Of a stretch of 64,000 bases of DNA, positions 29,635-40,727 are shown piece by piece. The stretch's first letter is position 1, and every line of letters begins with the position of its first letter. A program made the position numbers and the translations under genes. The stretch comes from Candidatus Poribacteria bacterium (GTDB lineage: Bacteria; Poribacteria; WGA-4E; WGA-3G). The DNA lies in NCBI GenBank assembly GCA_963422705.1, contig OY730443.1, positions 2,270,694 to 2,334,693 of the forward strand. The letters run 5' to 3'. A model generated the notes under the pieces. That model was not told where the DNA came from. It saw only the letters and a list, made by a program, of their open reading frames with translations, and did no database searches.

Positions 29635-31470
29635 ATGCGTAAGTCTGTATCGCAAATTGAGGAAGCGACTATCCTGTTTGCTGGAGACTCCGGCGACGGC
29701 TCCCAAACAATTGGCGCTCAAATGACAGAGACGACGGCCCTCATTGGCAATGATGTTGCTACCTTGCCAGATTACCCCGCTGAAATCCGGGCGCCCGCCG
29801 GCTCTTTGGCAGGCGTTTCCGGATTTCAACTCCACTTTTCAAGCGAGCAGATTCACACCCCCGGAGACAGGTGCGACGTGCTTGTCGCTATGAATCCCGC
29901 CGCCTTAAAAGTCCAGCTTGATAAACTCAAACCTAACGGCATTCTTATTGTGAATTCGGATAATTTCACTCGCCGAAATTTGAGACTGGCGGGCTACGAT
30001 AATAATCCGCTTGAAAATGATTCCCTCACAAAATATCAGCTTTTCCCCACCGACTTAACAGGGCTCACCCGAAAATCACTCGAAACAACACAACTCTCTG
30101 TCGCCGAAATCGACCGGTGCAAAAACTTTTTTACCCTCGGCATGATTCTGTGGCTCTATAACCGCTCCTTGGAATATACCATGAAGTGGATTAAAACAAA
30201 ATTTGCCACAAAGCCGCAGTATATTGAGGCAAATATTCTTGCGCTTCGCGCCGGAAACGTTTACGCCGAGGCCACCGAGCAGTTTGCCACTTCATACGAG
30301 GTAAAACCTGCCGCCTTTTCACAAGGAACTTATCGAAATATTGAGGGCAACATGGCAACCGTGCTGGGCTTAGTTGCCGCTTCACATCAAGCGCGCTTAC
30401 CGCTTGTTTACGGCAGTTATCCAATCACACCCGCAAGCGATATTCTGCACGGACTCGCGCAATACCGCAATTTTGGCGTCGTAACGATGCAGATGGAAGA
30501 TGAAATCGCCGCCGTCGGCGTCGCAATCGGCGCCGCATTTAGCGGGGCACTCGGCATCACAGGCAGTAGCGGGCCCGGGCTCGCTCTCAAATCCGAGGCT
30601 ATTAATCTCGCGATGATAGCTGAACTCCCCCTCGTTATATGCAATATACAAAGAGCCGGGCCCTCAACCGGAATGCCCACAAAAACTGAACAGTCCGACT
30701 TGTTGCAAATGCTTTATGGACGAAATGGCGAATCCCCGGTGCCTATCCTCGCACCCATGCGCCCTTATGACTGTTTCGATACCGTTTACGAAGCATGCCG
30801 AATCGCCGTTAAATACAGAACACCCGTCATCTTTCTTTCTGACCTCTATATCGCACTCGGCGCCGAGCCCTGGAAAATACCAAAAATCGCCGAATTGCCT
30901 CATATTGAACCGAACTTTGTTGAGCCCGAGACGGTTTTGAATGGGTTTGAACCGTACTTGAGGAACCCTCAAACCCTCGCACGCCCCTGGGCAAAACCCG
31001 GAACACCCGGACTAGAACACCGAATTGGGGGACTTGAAAAATCAGACGTTACCGGGAATGTCAGTTATGATGCCGAAAACCATGAAAAAATGGTCAATAT
31101 CAGAGCCAAAAAGGTTGCCGGGATTGCTACCGATATCCCTAGCACTGAGCTCTTTGGGCCGGCTGAAGGGGAACTCCTCGTCCTCGGATGGGGAAGCACA
31201 TACGGCGCCATCCGAACCGCTGTCGAAAATTGTCTTGAAGCAGGACAGGACGTCGCCCATGTACACCTACGATATCTCAACCCGTTGCCAACCGATTTAG
31301 GCGATATCCTGAGTAGGTTCAAGAAGGTTCTAATGCCCGAATTAAATAGCGGACAACTTCGCCAATTAATTCGGAGCACCTATTTAGTCGACGCTATCGG
31401 CTTTAATAAAATTCAAGGACAGCCTTTCCACGTTTCTGAACTGGAAACGAAAATTAACAATTTGATTTAG
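29635..31470 (+). CDS. korA: 2-oxoacid:ferredoxin oxidoreductase, alpha (gamma-alpha fused) subunit
   Basis: N-terminus ILFAGDSGDGSQTIG (gamma-like) and a central PFOR alpha domain (GSYPITPASDILH). The ORF is open from TTG 29590; the ATG at 29635 is used. Confidence 0.85.
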   Translation: MRKSVSQIEEATILFAGDSGDGSQTIGAQMTETTALIGNDVATLPDYPAEIRAPAGSLAGVSGFQLHFSSEQIHTPGDRCDVLVAMNPAALKVQLDKLKPNGILIVNSDNFTRRNLRLAGYDNNPLENDSLTKYQLFPTDLTGLTRKSLETTQLSVAEIDRCKNFFTLGMILWLYNRSLEYTMKWIKTKFATKPQYIEANILALRAGNVYAEATEQFATSYEVKPAAFSQGTYRNIEGNMATVLGLVAASHQARLPLVYGSYPITPASDILHGLAQYRNFGVVTMQMEDEIAAVGVAIGAAFSGALGITGSSGPGLALKSEAINLAMIAELPLVICNIQRAGPSTGMPTKTEQSDLLQMLYGRNGESPVPILAPMRPYDCFDTVYEACRIAVKYRTPVIFLSDLYIALGAEPWKIPKIAELPHIEPNFVEPETVLNGFEPYLRNPQTLARPWAKPGTPGLEHRIGGLEKSDVTGNVSYDAENHEKMVNIRAKKVAGIATDIPSTELFGPAEGELLVLGWGSTYGAIRTAVENCLEAGQDVAHVHLRYLNPLPTDLGDILSRFKKVLMPELNSGQLRQLIRSTYLVDAIGFNKIQGQPFHVSELETKINNLI

Positions 31471-31547
31471 CGCGACGGATATGAATTGAGAACCCAAACC
31501 GCCTTGACAATAACCATTTTTTTTCAGAAAAATAGACGGACAAAAAA

Positions 31548-32582
31548 ATGAAAAATAGACACACTGCACGCATACCGAAAAGCGCGCCCACCCAAAAAGA
31601 CTTTAAATCGGACCAGGATGTCCGATGGTGCCCAGGCTGTGGGGATTACTCTATCTTAGCGCAGACACAACGCATTATGCCCGAACTCGGAATTCCGAGA
31701 GAAAATATCGTCTTTATCTCCGGAATCGGGTGCTCAAGCCGATTCCCTTACTATATGAACACCTACGGCTTTCACACGATTCACGGAAGAGCACCAACGA
31801 TAGCCTCCGGCGTCAAAATCGCTAATCCGGAACTCTCCATTTGGGTGATTACCGGCGATGGCGACGCGCTTTCAATCGGTGGAAATCATTTTATCCATTT
31901 GATGCGCCGAAATTTCGATATGAACGTACTCCTCTTTAACAACCGTATCTACGGGTTGACAAAGGGACAGTATTCGCCGACATCAGAGCAGGGGAAAATG
32001 ACGAAGTCTACACCGCTCGGCTCATTAGAAGCGCCCTTTAACCCGATTAGCCTCGCTTTGGCTTCCGGGGCAGCATTTGTCGCGCGTTCACTCGACAGGG
32101 ACCCGAATCATCTCCGCACTATCATTAAAGAGGCACATCAACATAAAGGTACCTCCTTTATTGAAATCTACCAAGACTGCCATGTTTTTAACAAGAATGC
32201 TTTTGAACAATACACCGACAAAGCAACGAAGGCTGAAAACACGGTATTTCTTGAACATGGCGAACCGCTGATTTTTGGAAATGGGCGCAATAAAGGTATC
32301 CGCTTAAACGGATTCCAACCTGAAGTTGTTGAAATCACAAACGATGCAAACAGCGAGCTCATCGTCCATGATAGGTACGCCGAGAATACGACGTTGGCAA
32401 ACTTCCTCGCACGCATGAGTGATACCGCCGGCATGCCGCATCCAATCGGTATCTTCCGCAGCGTCGAACAGCCGTGTTACGAGGACTTGATGGCAGAGCA
32501 GATTCAGGTTGCAAAACAACGCATGGGCGAAGCTAACCTCGAGACGCTCTTAAATGCAGGGGAAACCTGGGCCGTGGAATAA
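31548..32582 (+). CDS. korB: 2-oxoacid:ferredoxin oxidoreductase, beta subunit (TPP-binding)
   Basis: WCPGCGD and GIGCSS TPP/Fe-S motifs, and GDGD. Confidence 0.9.
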   Translation: MKNRHTARIPKSAPTQKDFKSDQDVRWCPGCGDYSILAQTQRIMPELGIPRENIVFISGIGCSSRFPYYMNTYGFHTIHGRAPTIASGVKIANPELSIWVITGDGDALSIGGNHFIHLMRRNFDMNVLLFNNRIYGLTKGQYSPTSEQGKMTKSTPLGSLEAPFNPISLALASGAAFVARSLDRDPNHLRTIIKEAHQHKGTSFIEIYQDCHVFNKNAFEQYTDKATKAENTVFLEHGEPLIFGNGRNKGIRLNGFQPEVVEITNDANSELIVHDRYAENTTLANFLARMSDTAGMPHPIGIFRSVEQPCYEDLMAEQIQVAKQRMGEANLETLLNAGETWAVE

Positions 32583-32701
32583 CAGAATAGCTGGCGGTTA
32601 CCCTTGCTAACAATAAGGGTTACGCCAATTCTACGCCCACCGAAACGCCAGCATCCGGACAGGCACACGCGCCTGAAACGCCTGAAGGAACGCAGCGAAT
32701 C

Positions 32702-35700
32702 ATGTCACATCATAAACCTCCTTTTAAGTCCAACATACGCGATAACCACTCCCGCGGAACTGTCGGAAACTTCCTCGACAACGAAATTAAAAAAGGTTCT
32801 AAACTCTCAATCGTCTCCGCATACTTTACAATTTACGCCTTCAATGCACTCAAAGATAGACTGAACGGAATCTCGGAACTCCGATTTCTGTTAGGGCAAC
32901 CCGACTTTATCACCGGTATGTCCCCAGGTGAATCCCAAGAAAAAGCCTTCCATATTCTAGACAGCGGCTTGCACCTTAACCAGCAGCTCCAACAAAAATC
33001 AGTCGCCAACGCATGTGCACAATGGATAAAAGAGAAGGTAGAAATCAAGAGCGCACGGCAATCAAATCTACTCCATGGCAAGATGTATTATATTGAAACC
33101 AACGGTGCGCAAAAAGCGATTATGGGGAGCTCCAATTTTACCGTGCACGGACTCGGACTGAGCCCACGGGCAAATAATATTGAACTCAATTTTGTCGTCG
33201 ATAATGACACCGACAGACAAGAAATCAAAAAATGGTTTGATGATATCTGGAACGAAAAAAAATTGTCACAGATGTTAAGGAAGATGTACTCGCCGAACTC
33301 AACCGGCTCGGAAAAGATTACGCCCCTGAGTTCATCTATTTTAAGACACTCTATGAACTGTTCAGGGATGAAATCGAATCAAGAAGAGATGGCGAACAGC
33401 AACTAGAAGATATGCATCTGTATGATACCCAGATTTGGGACGCGTTATATGGCTTTCAGAAGGACGGCGCCAAAAGCGTCATCGCCCGCCTTTTAAGACA
33501 CAACGGATGCATTTTGGCCGATAGCGTCGGACTCGGCAAAACTTATACTGCACTCGCCGTTATCAAATTTTTTGAACTGAGAAATGAGCGCATCCTTGTT
33601 TTATGCCCAAAAAAACTCAACAACAACTGGGGTAAATATTTAGCGCATACCGCCCAAAAGGACAACCCTTTTCCTAACGATAGGTTCGGTTATACCCTCT
33701 TATCACATACAGACCTTTCCCGTAGCAGCGGCAAAGCCGGCGATATTAACCTGGAAAATTTCAACTGGCGCAATTTTGATATGGTGCTAATTGACGAATC
33801 GCACAACTTCCGAAACGATACGAAACCTATCCGGGATGACGCAGGCAATATCATCCGGCATAGCCGATATACACGCCTCTTGCATGAAATTATCAAGGCA
33901 GGCACAAAAACGAAAGTACTCATGCTTTCCGCAACGCCCGTTAACACATCACTCATTGACCTCCGCAATCAAATTTACCTCATCACAGAGCAGCGCGAGG
34001 ACGCCTTCAACGACAGTTTGGGCATCCAGAACATCGGAACACTGCTACGACAGGCGCAAACGGAATTTAAAGCATGGGAGGAAAAAGAACCTAAACAGGG
34101 AAAAAGAGATAAATCAGAACTATTAAAAACATTGGGCACCGATTTTTTTACATTGCTGGGGGGCATCTCTATTGCACGGGCGCGACGCCATATTGAGAAG
34201 TTTTATGCCGACGAAATACACCGAATCGGGCCATTTCCAAAACAACTCAAACCCGAGAATTGCCACCCTAAGACGGACTTGGAAGGGAAACTTTCTTATG
34301 AAGATTTAACGGTGCTAATCGAGGACTTCTCATTATCTATCTATCGCCCTTCTAGTTACGTCATCAGTGAAACCGCGAAAAAACGGTTGGAACAGGAAAA
34401 AAAGAGATACCGTTTTAATCAGGTGGACAGGGAACGATTTCTTATCGGTATGATGCGGACGAATTTTCTCAAGCGCTTGGAAAGCTCCGCACACTCCCTC
34501 ACAAAAACGCTTGAACGGACAATCGGAAAAATTGATGATATGGTGGAGAGGATAGAACGATTCGAAAAAAAACGCGACAGCCTCCATACACACGCTGATA
34601 TACTGCCCGATGATGACGATGATGATGATGATTTTTTCGTCAATCGCGCACGCAACCCCTATCACCTACGAGAACTGGATTGCACACGATGGAAAATAGA
34701 ACTTAGAAAGGATAAAGAGAGCTTAACCGCAGCATTGAGCAAAGTCAACGTCATCACACCCGAACGGGATGGAAAACTCAAGCAAATCAAGGCACAGATT
34801 AAAGAAAAAGCACAATACTCAACGGTTGATAAGGACGGAAAAGTTAACCGGAAATTGCTAGTTTTCACGACGTTCAAAGATACTGCACTCTATCTTTATC
34901 AAAATCTCGAACCGCTTGCATCGAAACTCGGTATCAACACCGGATTCGTTGCCGGGACGGAAACGCGTACCACTTACGGCAAAAATAATTTTGACGCTAT
35001 CCTCGCCAATTTCGCCCCCCTGGCGCAGAAACGGGGAAAGAACATAAAAGACGAGGCAGAGGACACAAAAGAAGAAATCGATTTACTCATCGCTACCGAC
35101 TGCATCTCCGAAGGACAAAATCTACAGGACTGCGACACTGTATTGAACTATGACATCCACTGGAACCCAGTGCGTATCATACAACGGTTTGGGCGCATCG
35201 ACAGAATCGGAAGCCGAAATACCGCCGTACGGATGATTAACTACTGGCCCACCGAAGATATGGAAGTCTACCTCCGGTTGCAAAGCCGCGTCGAATCACG
35301 AATGGCGCTCGCTGATACAGTCGCCAGTGGCGACGACGACGTGCTCAATGAAATTACTTACGAACAAGCACAAATGGAACTCAACTTCCGGGAACAGCAA
35401 TTGCAGCAATTGCGCCAAGAGGTTCTCGACTTGGATGACATCTCCGATGGCGTCGTCATGAGCGATTTTACCCTCGATTATTTCTTCGTGCAATTGTTGA
35501 AGTATCTCGAAAAAAATAGGGAACAACTAGAAACTACACCGAAAGGGGCATACGCCATCACCGAAAACAGGGATAACCCTTTGGAAACCGACGTCATCTT
35601 TTTTCTCCGACAAATCAATGCAACGACGGATAAATACGCCAAAGTCGCAAGCCCAATTCATCCCTATTCCGCTGTTTACATTCGTGGTAACGGCGACATT

Positions 35701-36015
35701 CAATACGGATGCGCAAACGCAAAACAGGCACTGGAGCTCTTTGAAGCCCACGCTGTGGGTAATGACAAACCGCTGCGAAAACTGTGTCGCCAATTTGAGA
35801 AAGAGACGCAAAATGGCAAAGATATGGAACGTTACAACAAGCTGTTGAAAACGGTTATCGCGCACATCACCAAGACACATACAACCACACAGATAAAAAA
35901 TATGGGAATTCATGGCACCCGCAGCTTTAAACTGACACCCGCGTCTCAAAAACCGAAAGATGATAACGATTTTGAACTGGTAACGTGGCTCATTATTACA
36001 AAACCACTCTCATAA
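32702..36015 (+). CDS. PLD-like (HKD) nuclease domain fused to SNF2-family helicase, interrupted by a frameshift in an A8 tract
   Basis: Segment 1 (32702-33406) carries a single HKD-type motif LHGKMYYIETNGAQKAIMGSSNFT. The reading frame continues without stops in the +2 frame from the A8 run (33255-33262) into segment 2 (33412-36015). Segment 2 has SNF2 motifs I (ADSVGLGKT), II (LIDESHNF), III (LSATPVNT) and VI (QRFGRIDRIGS). Together they would give a ~1100-aa fusion protein. Confidence 0.8.
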
Positions 36016-36051
36016 AACCAATGCCAAAAACAGCGCAAAAATAGGAACATC

Positions 36052-36393
36052 ATGGCACATAAAAATCAATTATTTGAAAGTCGAACCGAATTTATCGCCA
36101 CACGCGGCGTTAAGGAATACCGCGAGACAATACCCACCTGGGTAACTGCAGACGATGTCGTCTTGGAAATCGGATGCGAATGGGGGACAACCACAACTGG
36201 ATACTATCGCACTCCTCACATCGTATTCAACCGTCATGCGCCCCGAGGCAATCATCGTGAAAAGCGGCGCTTTAAAACGGTTTGTCTCACACTGCACCGC
36301 TTGGCGTTCCGCCCAAAAGCAATAACAGGTGACATCAGCAATTTCTTCACCTTCCCAAATCTAAATCGGATACCCACAGCTACACCCCAATGA
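36052..36393 (+). pseudogene. Small SAM-MTase-fold gene, copy with ~200-bp internal deletion
   Basis: The first 49 codons are identical to the intact 156-aa copy at 40193-40663. After ...GTTTT the sequence jumps to the 3' portion of the gene in another frame. Confidence 0.7.
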
Positions 36394-39300
36394 ACAAAGA
36401 ACACATCAGAAACGCACTCGCCGACATCCCCACAGGCACTCTTGTCCAAACCGCAAAAGCCCTCCTCGCGACGTTGGGATACCGCAGCGAGCGGAACCTG
36501 GAACTCTCCGGAACCGTGGACGACTTTATCGAGAATTTCCCCACACGGGGACAAGAGGACAAAAAAGAACCTACCAAAACCGAACAGACATTTTGTAACA
36601 CCGTTGAATCCATCTATGTCGTCTTTCAAATCACAGAAAATGAAGTCAATCCTCAAGCCCAACAGACAGTTGATTTTGCTGAAAAAAGTCTCGCCGAAAG
36701 TTTCTGCTTTTTCGCCGCCGATTTGAAAGAGAAGCCCACATCCCGCAGCCGCTACGCCGAATTGACACGCGAAATCAATAAGCGGCTCTCTATCCCGGCG
36801 GTGGCGCTCTTTCGCACCGGGAACCGGTTGACAATTGGGGTTGCAGGACGCCGGCAACACCGCCGGAAATCGGGGCGCGATGTCATAGAACGGGTGACGC
36901 TCATCAAGGACATTCGCCTCGAAAATCCGCACCGGGCACACCTTGATATCTTGGCAGAACTCGCCCTCGGAGAATGCATGCAATGGATGGATGCCCACAA
37001 AAAACAGAGAAGCTTTGACGAACTCCTCGACACCTGGCTCGCTAAACTCGACACTGAAGAACTCAATAAGCAGTTCTACCGGAGGTTATTCGCATGGTTT
37101 GAATGGGCAATCTCCGAGGCGACGTTCCCAAAAAACGAAAAGAAAATCTTAAAGCCCGAAGAACACGTGATACGACTCATCACACGCATCCTGTTTATCT
37201 GGTTCTTGAAGGAGCAGGGACTGGTTGCCGATGCACTTTTCAATCAAACACAAATCCCTTCCCTTCTAAAAGATGACGATTTCGATAACGGAAGCTCCTA
37301 CTATCGGGCCGTGCTACAAAATCTGTTTTTTGCTACACTGAACACCGAGATAAAGCAACGCGGTTTTAGCAGCAATACACCTACCGGGCATCGCGACTTC
37401 TCGCGTTACCGCTACGCAGCGGAAATACGCGCCCCTGAGAAACTGGTGGAACTCTTCGCGCAAACCCCCTTTGTCAATGGGGGACTGTTTGAGTGTCTCG
37501 ATAGCGAGGAAGCAGCGATGCACGGCGGATACCGCATCGACTGTTTCTCTGATAAACACGGCAAAAAATTGTGCTTCCCCAACCGCCTCTTTTTTGATAA
37601 ACACTGTGGACTCTTCCCCCTCCTCAATCACTACAAATTCACCATAGAAGAGAATATCCCGGTAGAACAAGAAGTCGCCTTGGAACCAGAATTGCTCGGG
37701 AAGGTGTTTGAAAACCTGCTGGCGGCTTACAATCCGGAGACGGGTACGACGGCGCGTAAAGGGACAGGCTCCTACTACACGCCGCGCGTCGTCGTCGACT
37801 ATATGATAGACGAGATAGTGGTTGCAACCCTGGTAGAAAAGTGTCAGCCGTCCGATGGGGACGCGACACTCTGGGAAGAACGCCTGCGCTACCTATTGGA
37901 TTATGGGCAGACGTTTGACGATGCAAATGAATGGTTTGATGCCCCGGAAACCGACGCGATTGTGCGCACAATTTCGGAGCTGAAAATTCTGGAACCGGCC
38001 GTCGGTTCCGGGGCTTTTCCGCGCGCGATGCTCCGAAAACTCACGCTTGCCCTCCGCCGACTCGATTCGGCAAATCAACGATGGCAGCAGCTGCAAAGAA
38101 GACGCGCCGCACAGAGAGCGGAAGATGCCTTTGAAACCGACGATGACGAAGCGCGACGCGAAGAACTCATTGAAATTGATGAGACGTTCAGACGTTACCG
38201 GGATTCCGACTTCGGCAGGAAGTTATACCTCATTCAGAATAACCTTTTCGGGGTGGACATCCAACCCATAGCCTGCCAAATTACCAAGCTCCGCTTCTTT
38301 ATCTCCCTCGCTATTGAGCAGAAACCGGCGCGGCATCTCGATAATTTCGGGTTCAAACCACTCCCAAACCTCGAGACGCGGTTTCTTGCCGCGAATACCC
38401 TTGTCCGGCTGCAAGGGCAACCCGAATTCGTAACAGTCCATATCCAAGCGTTAGAGCGGCAACTCCGCGAGAATCGCGAACGGCACTTCCACGCCACCAC
38501 CCGTCAGCAAAAGCTTGACTGTATTAGCAACGACAAAGCCATCCGCACAGAATTAGCCGCGGCATTAGAGGAACTCGGTTTCTTTGCACGGGACGCCCAA
38601 AACATCGCGCACTGGAACCCTTACCAGCAGAACGAGAATGCCGACTGGTTCGAACCGGAATGGATGTTCGGGATTAACGACGGGTTTGATATCGTGATGG
38701 GGAACCCGCCATATATTTCAGTTACGAAGATTCCTGCCCCGTTGAGGGATTACCTATTCGAAAACTATCAAACCTGTATAAAGAGAACAGATATCTATAT
38801 CGCGTTCCTCGAAAGAGCCCTTTCCATTCTACAGCCGAACGGGATGATGTGTTTTATTCTCTCGTCGGCGTTTGCGAAACAGAAATATGGCGAAAAGATG
38901 CGCAGACGCCTCATAGAAAATCACGCCATCCGCGACATTGTGGATGCGAGCCGTTATCGGATTTTTGAGAATGCGGCAGTACATAACATCGTTTTGCTGG
39001 TAGGCAATCAAAAAACAGATGTCGAAACGCGAATCCGATTGCATACCAGCAACGCGGATTTTGAGACACCGGGTGAGTGCGCATTTTCTATCAAGCAAGA
39101 CGATTTTGCGGAACTGAAAGATGCCCGCCTTGAAACCGCTCCGAATATTCGTGAAAGTCTCAGGGTGAAAAAGAGGATATGGGAGCGCGCGGTGCGTTTC
39201 GATAAGATTTGCCTTGTCGCTTACGGCGCCAGGCTCAATTCCCCTTTAGCGGGAAAAAGAAAACAGGATTACATCAGCGAAGCCCGTCTTGCAGGGCGCA

Positions 39301-39890
39301 AACGGTTTTGTGAAGGAAGAGACATTCGGCGTTATACGTTTTCTCAAACCGGATGGTTACGCTACTCGCCGAATGAACACTACAACCCGATGTTTCCAGA
39401 ACTTTTTGAAACCGAAAAGTTGATGTTTGCCCGTATTGTGAATGAGCGGTTGCGATTTGCTTATGACGCCGAACGGTTCTACAATTGCAATACGGTTATA
39501 AACTGTGTTCGCTTAGATTTACTTTCCGGTGCCTCCCATATCACCGCCCGCCGCGCAACGCAATCTGCTGATAACAAATTCGCGAAGCGGTATGATTACA
39601 AATTTCTGTTGGGCGCTTTAAATTCTGGTGTCACAAATTGGTATTTCCGCAGTTTCTTAAGCACAGGTTTAGATTGTTACCCGGATGATGTAAAAGAGTT
39701 GCCTATCCCAAAAATGTCGCGTCAGCAGCAACAACCGATTATTGGGTTGACATCTCAAATTCTCGCGGCGAAAGCGAGGGATTCGGAGGCGGACGTCTCC
39801 GCTCTTGAAGCGGAGATTGACAGGCTGCTCTGCGCTTTCTACAAGCTTACCGCGGAGGAGATGCGTATCCTGGAGCATGGGCGGGGATGA
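36390..39890 (+). CDS. Eco57I/PglX/DrmMI-like gamma-class N6-adenine DNA methyltransferase with C-terminal TaqI_C-type target-recognition region (paralog 1 of 3)
   Basis: 1166 aa. Motif X GSYYTP, motif I ILEPAVGSGAFP, motif IV GNPPYI. The C-terminal tail LPIPKMSRQQQQPIIG...EIDRLLCAFYKLTAEEMRILE matches the conserved end of Type IIG/PglX enzymes. No PD-(D/E)xK motif was recognised in the long N-terminal domain. Confidence 0.85.
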   Translation: MNKEHIRNALADIPTGTLVQTAKALLATLGYRSERNLELSGTVDDFIENFPTRGQEDKKEPTKTEQTFCNTVESIYVVFQITENEVNPQAQQTVDFAEKSLAESFCFFAADLKEKPTSRSRYAELTREINKRLSIPAVALFRTGNRLTIGVAGRRQHRRKSGRDVIERVTLIKDIRLENPHRAHLDILAELALGECMQWMDAHKKQRSFDELLDTWLAKLDTEELNKQFYRRLFAWFEWAISEATFPKNEKKILKPEEHVIRLITRILFIWFLKEQGLVADALFNQTQIPSLLKDDDFDNGSSYYRAVLQNLFFATLNTEIKQRGFSSNTPTGHRDFSRYRYAAEIRAPEKLVELFAQTPFVNGGLFECLDSEEAAMHGGYRIDCFSDKHGKKLCFPNRLFFDKHCGLFPLLNHYKFTIEENIPVEQEVALEPELLGKVFENLLAAYNPETGTTARKGTGSYYTPRVVVDYMIDEIVVATLVEKCQPSDGDATLWEERLRYLLDYGQTFDDANEWFDAPETDAIVRTISELKILEPAVGSGAFPRAMLRKLTLALRRLDSANQRWQQLQRRRAAQRAEDAFETDDDEARREELIEIDETFRRYRDSDFGRKLYLIQNNLFGVDIQPIACQITKLRFFISLAIEQKPARHLDNFGFKPLPNLETRFLAANTLVRLQGQPEFVTVHIQALERQLRENRERHFHATTRQQKLDCISNDKAIRTELAAALEELGFFARDAQNIAHWNPYQQNENADWFEPEWMFGINDGFDIVMGNPPYISVTKIPAPLRDYLFENYQTCIKRTDIYIAFLERALSILQPNGMMCFILSSAFAKQKYGEKMRRRLIENHAIRDIVDASRYRIFENAAVHNIVLLVGNQKTDVETRIRLHTSNADFETPGECAFSIKQDDFAELKDARLETAPNIRESLRVKKRIWERAVRFDKICLVAYGARLNSPLAGKRKQDYISEARLAGRKRFCEGRDIRRYTFSQTGWLRYSPNEHYNPMFPELFETEKLMFARIVNERLRFAYDAERFYNCNTVINCVRLDLLSGASHITARRATQSADNKFAKRYDYKFLLGALNSGVTNWYFRSFLSTGLDCYPDDVKELPIPKMSRQQQQPIIGLTSQILAAKARDSEADVSALEAEIDRLLCAFYKLTAEEMRILEHGRG

Positions 39891-39930
39891 ATTCTCTGAA
39901 TTTCTGGTTATCGGGTTTCTAATCACATTA

Positions 39931-40192
39931 AAAATAAGGAACAACTAGAAGCTACACCGAAAGGGGCATACGCCATCACCGAAAACAGGGATAACCCTTT
40001 GGAAACCGACGTCATCTTTTTTCTCCGACACAGATAAAAAATATGGGAATTCATGGCACGCGCAGCTTTAAACTGACACCCGCGTTTCAAAAACCGAAAG
40101 ATGATAACGATTTTGAACTGGTAACGTGGCTCATTATTACAAAACCACCCTCATAAAACCAATGCCAAAAACAGCGCAAAAATAGGAACATC
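39931..40192 (+). other. Rearranged partial duplicate of the SNF2 helicase 3' coding end (junction relic of repeat unit 2)
   Basis: Matches 35516-35612 and 35878-36050 with the intervening ~270 bp deleted. Confidence 0.8.
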
Positions 40193-40663
40193 ATGGCACA
40201 TAAAAATCAATTATTTGAAGGTCGAACCGAATTTATCGCCACGCGCGGCGTTAAGGAATACCGCGAGACAATACCCACCTGGGTAACTGCAGACGATGTC
40301 GTCTTGGAAATCGGATGCGAATGGGGGACAACCACAACACTAATCGCCCCGCACTGCCAGAAAGTCATCGCGACTGATATCAGCACCAAATGTATTCACC
40401 GTGCACGAGAAATGTACCCTCAACTTCAATTTGAACTGCTTGACGGTTTTGATATCAGGGCAGCGCTTGAACTTGGTGAACCGTTTAGCAAAATCTACAT
40501 CGATATTTCGGGGCTGTCAGGCTACAACTCACTGCTGGATACTATCGCACTCCTCACATCGTATGCAACCGTCATGCGCCCCGAGGCAATCATCGTGAAA
40601 AGCGGCGCTTTAAAACGGTTTGTCTCACACTGCACCGCTTGGCGTTCCGCCCAAAAGCAATAA
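40193..40663 (+). CDS. Small class-I SAM-dependent methyltransferase-fold protein (156 aa)
   Basis: Motif I-like VLEIGCEWGTTT, acidic beta-2 end VIATDIS, then LQFELLDGFD and IYIDIS. A minimal Rossmann MTase core; function unknown. Confidence 0.4.
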   Translation: MAHKNQLFEGRTEFIATRGVKEYRETIPTWVTADDVVLEIGCEWGTTTTLIAPHCQKVIATDISTKCIHRAREMYPQLQFELLDGFDIRAALELGEPFSKIYIDISGLSGYNSLLDTIALLTSYATVMRPEAIIVKSGALKRFVSHCTAWRSAQKQ

Positions 40664-40727
40664 CAGGTGACATCAGCAATTTCTTCACCTTCCCAAATCT
40701 AAGTCGGATACCTACAGCTACACCCCA

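Larger units (their letters stand above)
35513..39930 (+). repeat. Tandem repeat unit 1 (~4.4 kb): helicase 3' end + small MTase-fold gene (internally deleted) + large MTase gene
   Basis: The same module recurs at 39931-44268 and 44269-47950 with near-identical sequence. Boundaries were inferred by aligning the junctions after each large-gene stop (gaattctctgaatttctggttatcgggtttctaatc...). Confidence 0.8.

Noticed and set aside
32590-32660. Hairpin (ttaccctt-N9-aagggtta) after korB as a terminator
   Set aside because: There is no downstream T-tract and the stem has a mismatch. Too weak to annotate.
36252-36998. 248-aa antisense ORFs inside each MTase paralog (also 40590-41336 and 44335-45018), plus the many 60-120-aa ORFs embedded in the repeats
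   Set aside because: They are antisense to strongly supported MTase genes, low-complexity and Cys/Gly-rich, and recur only because the underlying DNA is repeated. They are frame artefacts.
36390-39890. Calling the 1166-aa proteins bifunctional Type IIG/IIL restriction-modification enzymes
   Set aside because: The MTase and TRD modules are clear, but I could not recognise a PD-(D/E)xK, Mrr or HNH nuclease motif in the ~450-aa N-terminal domain by eye. They are left as MTase/PglX/DrmMI-like pending a profile search.
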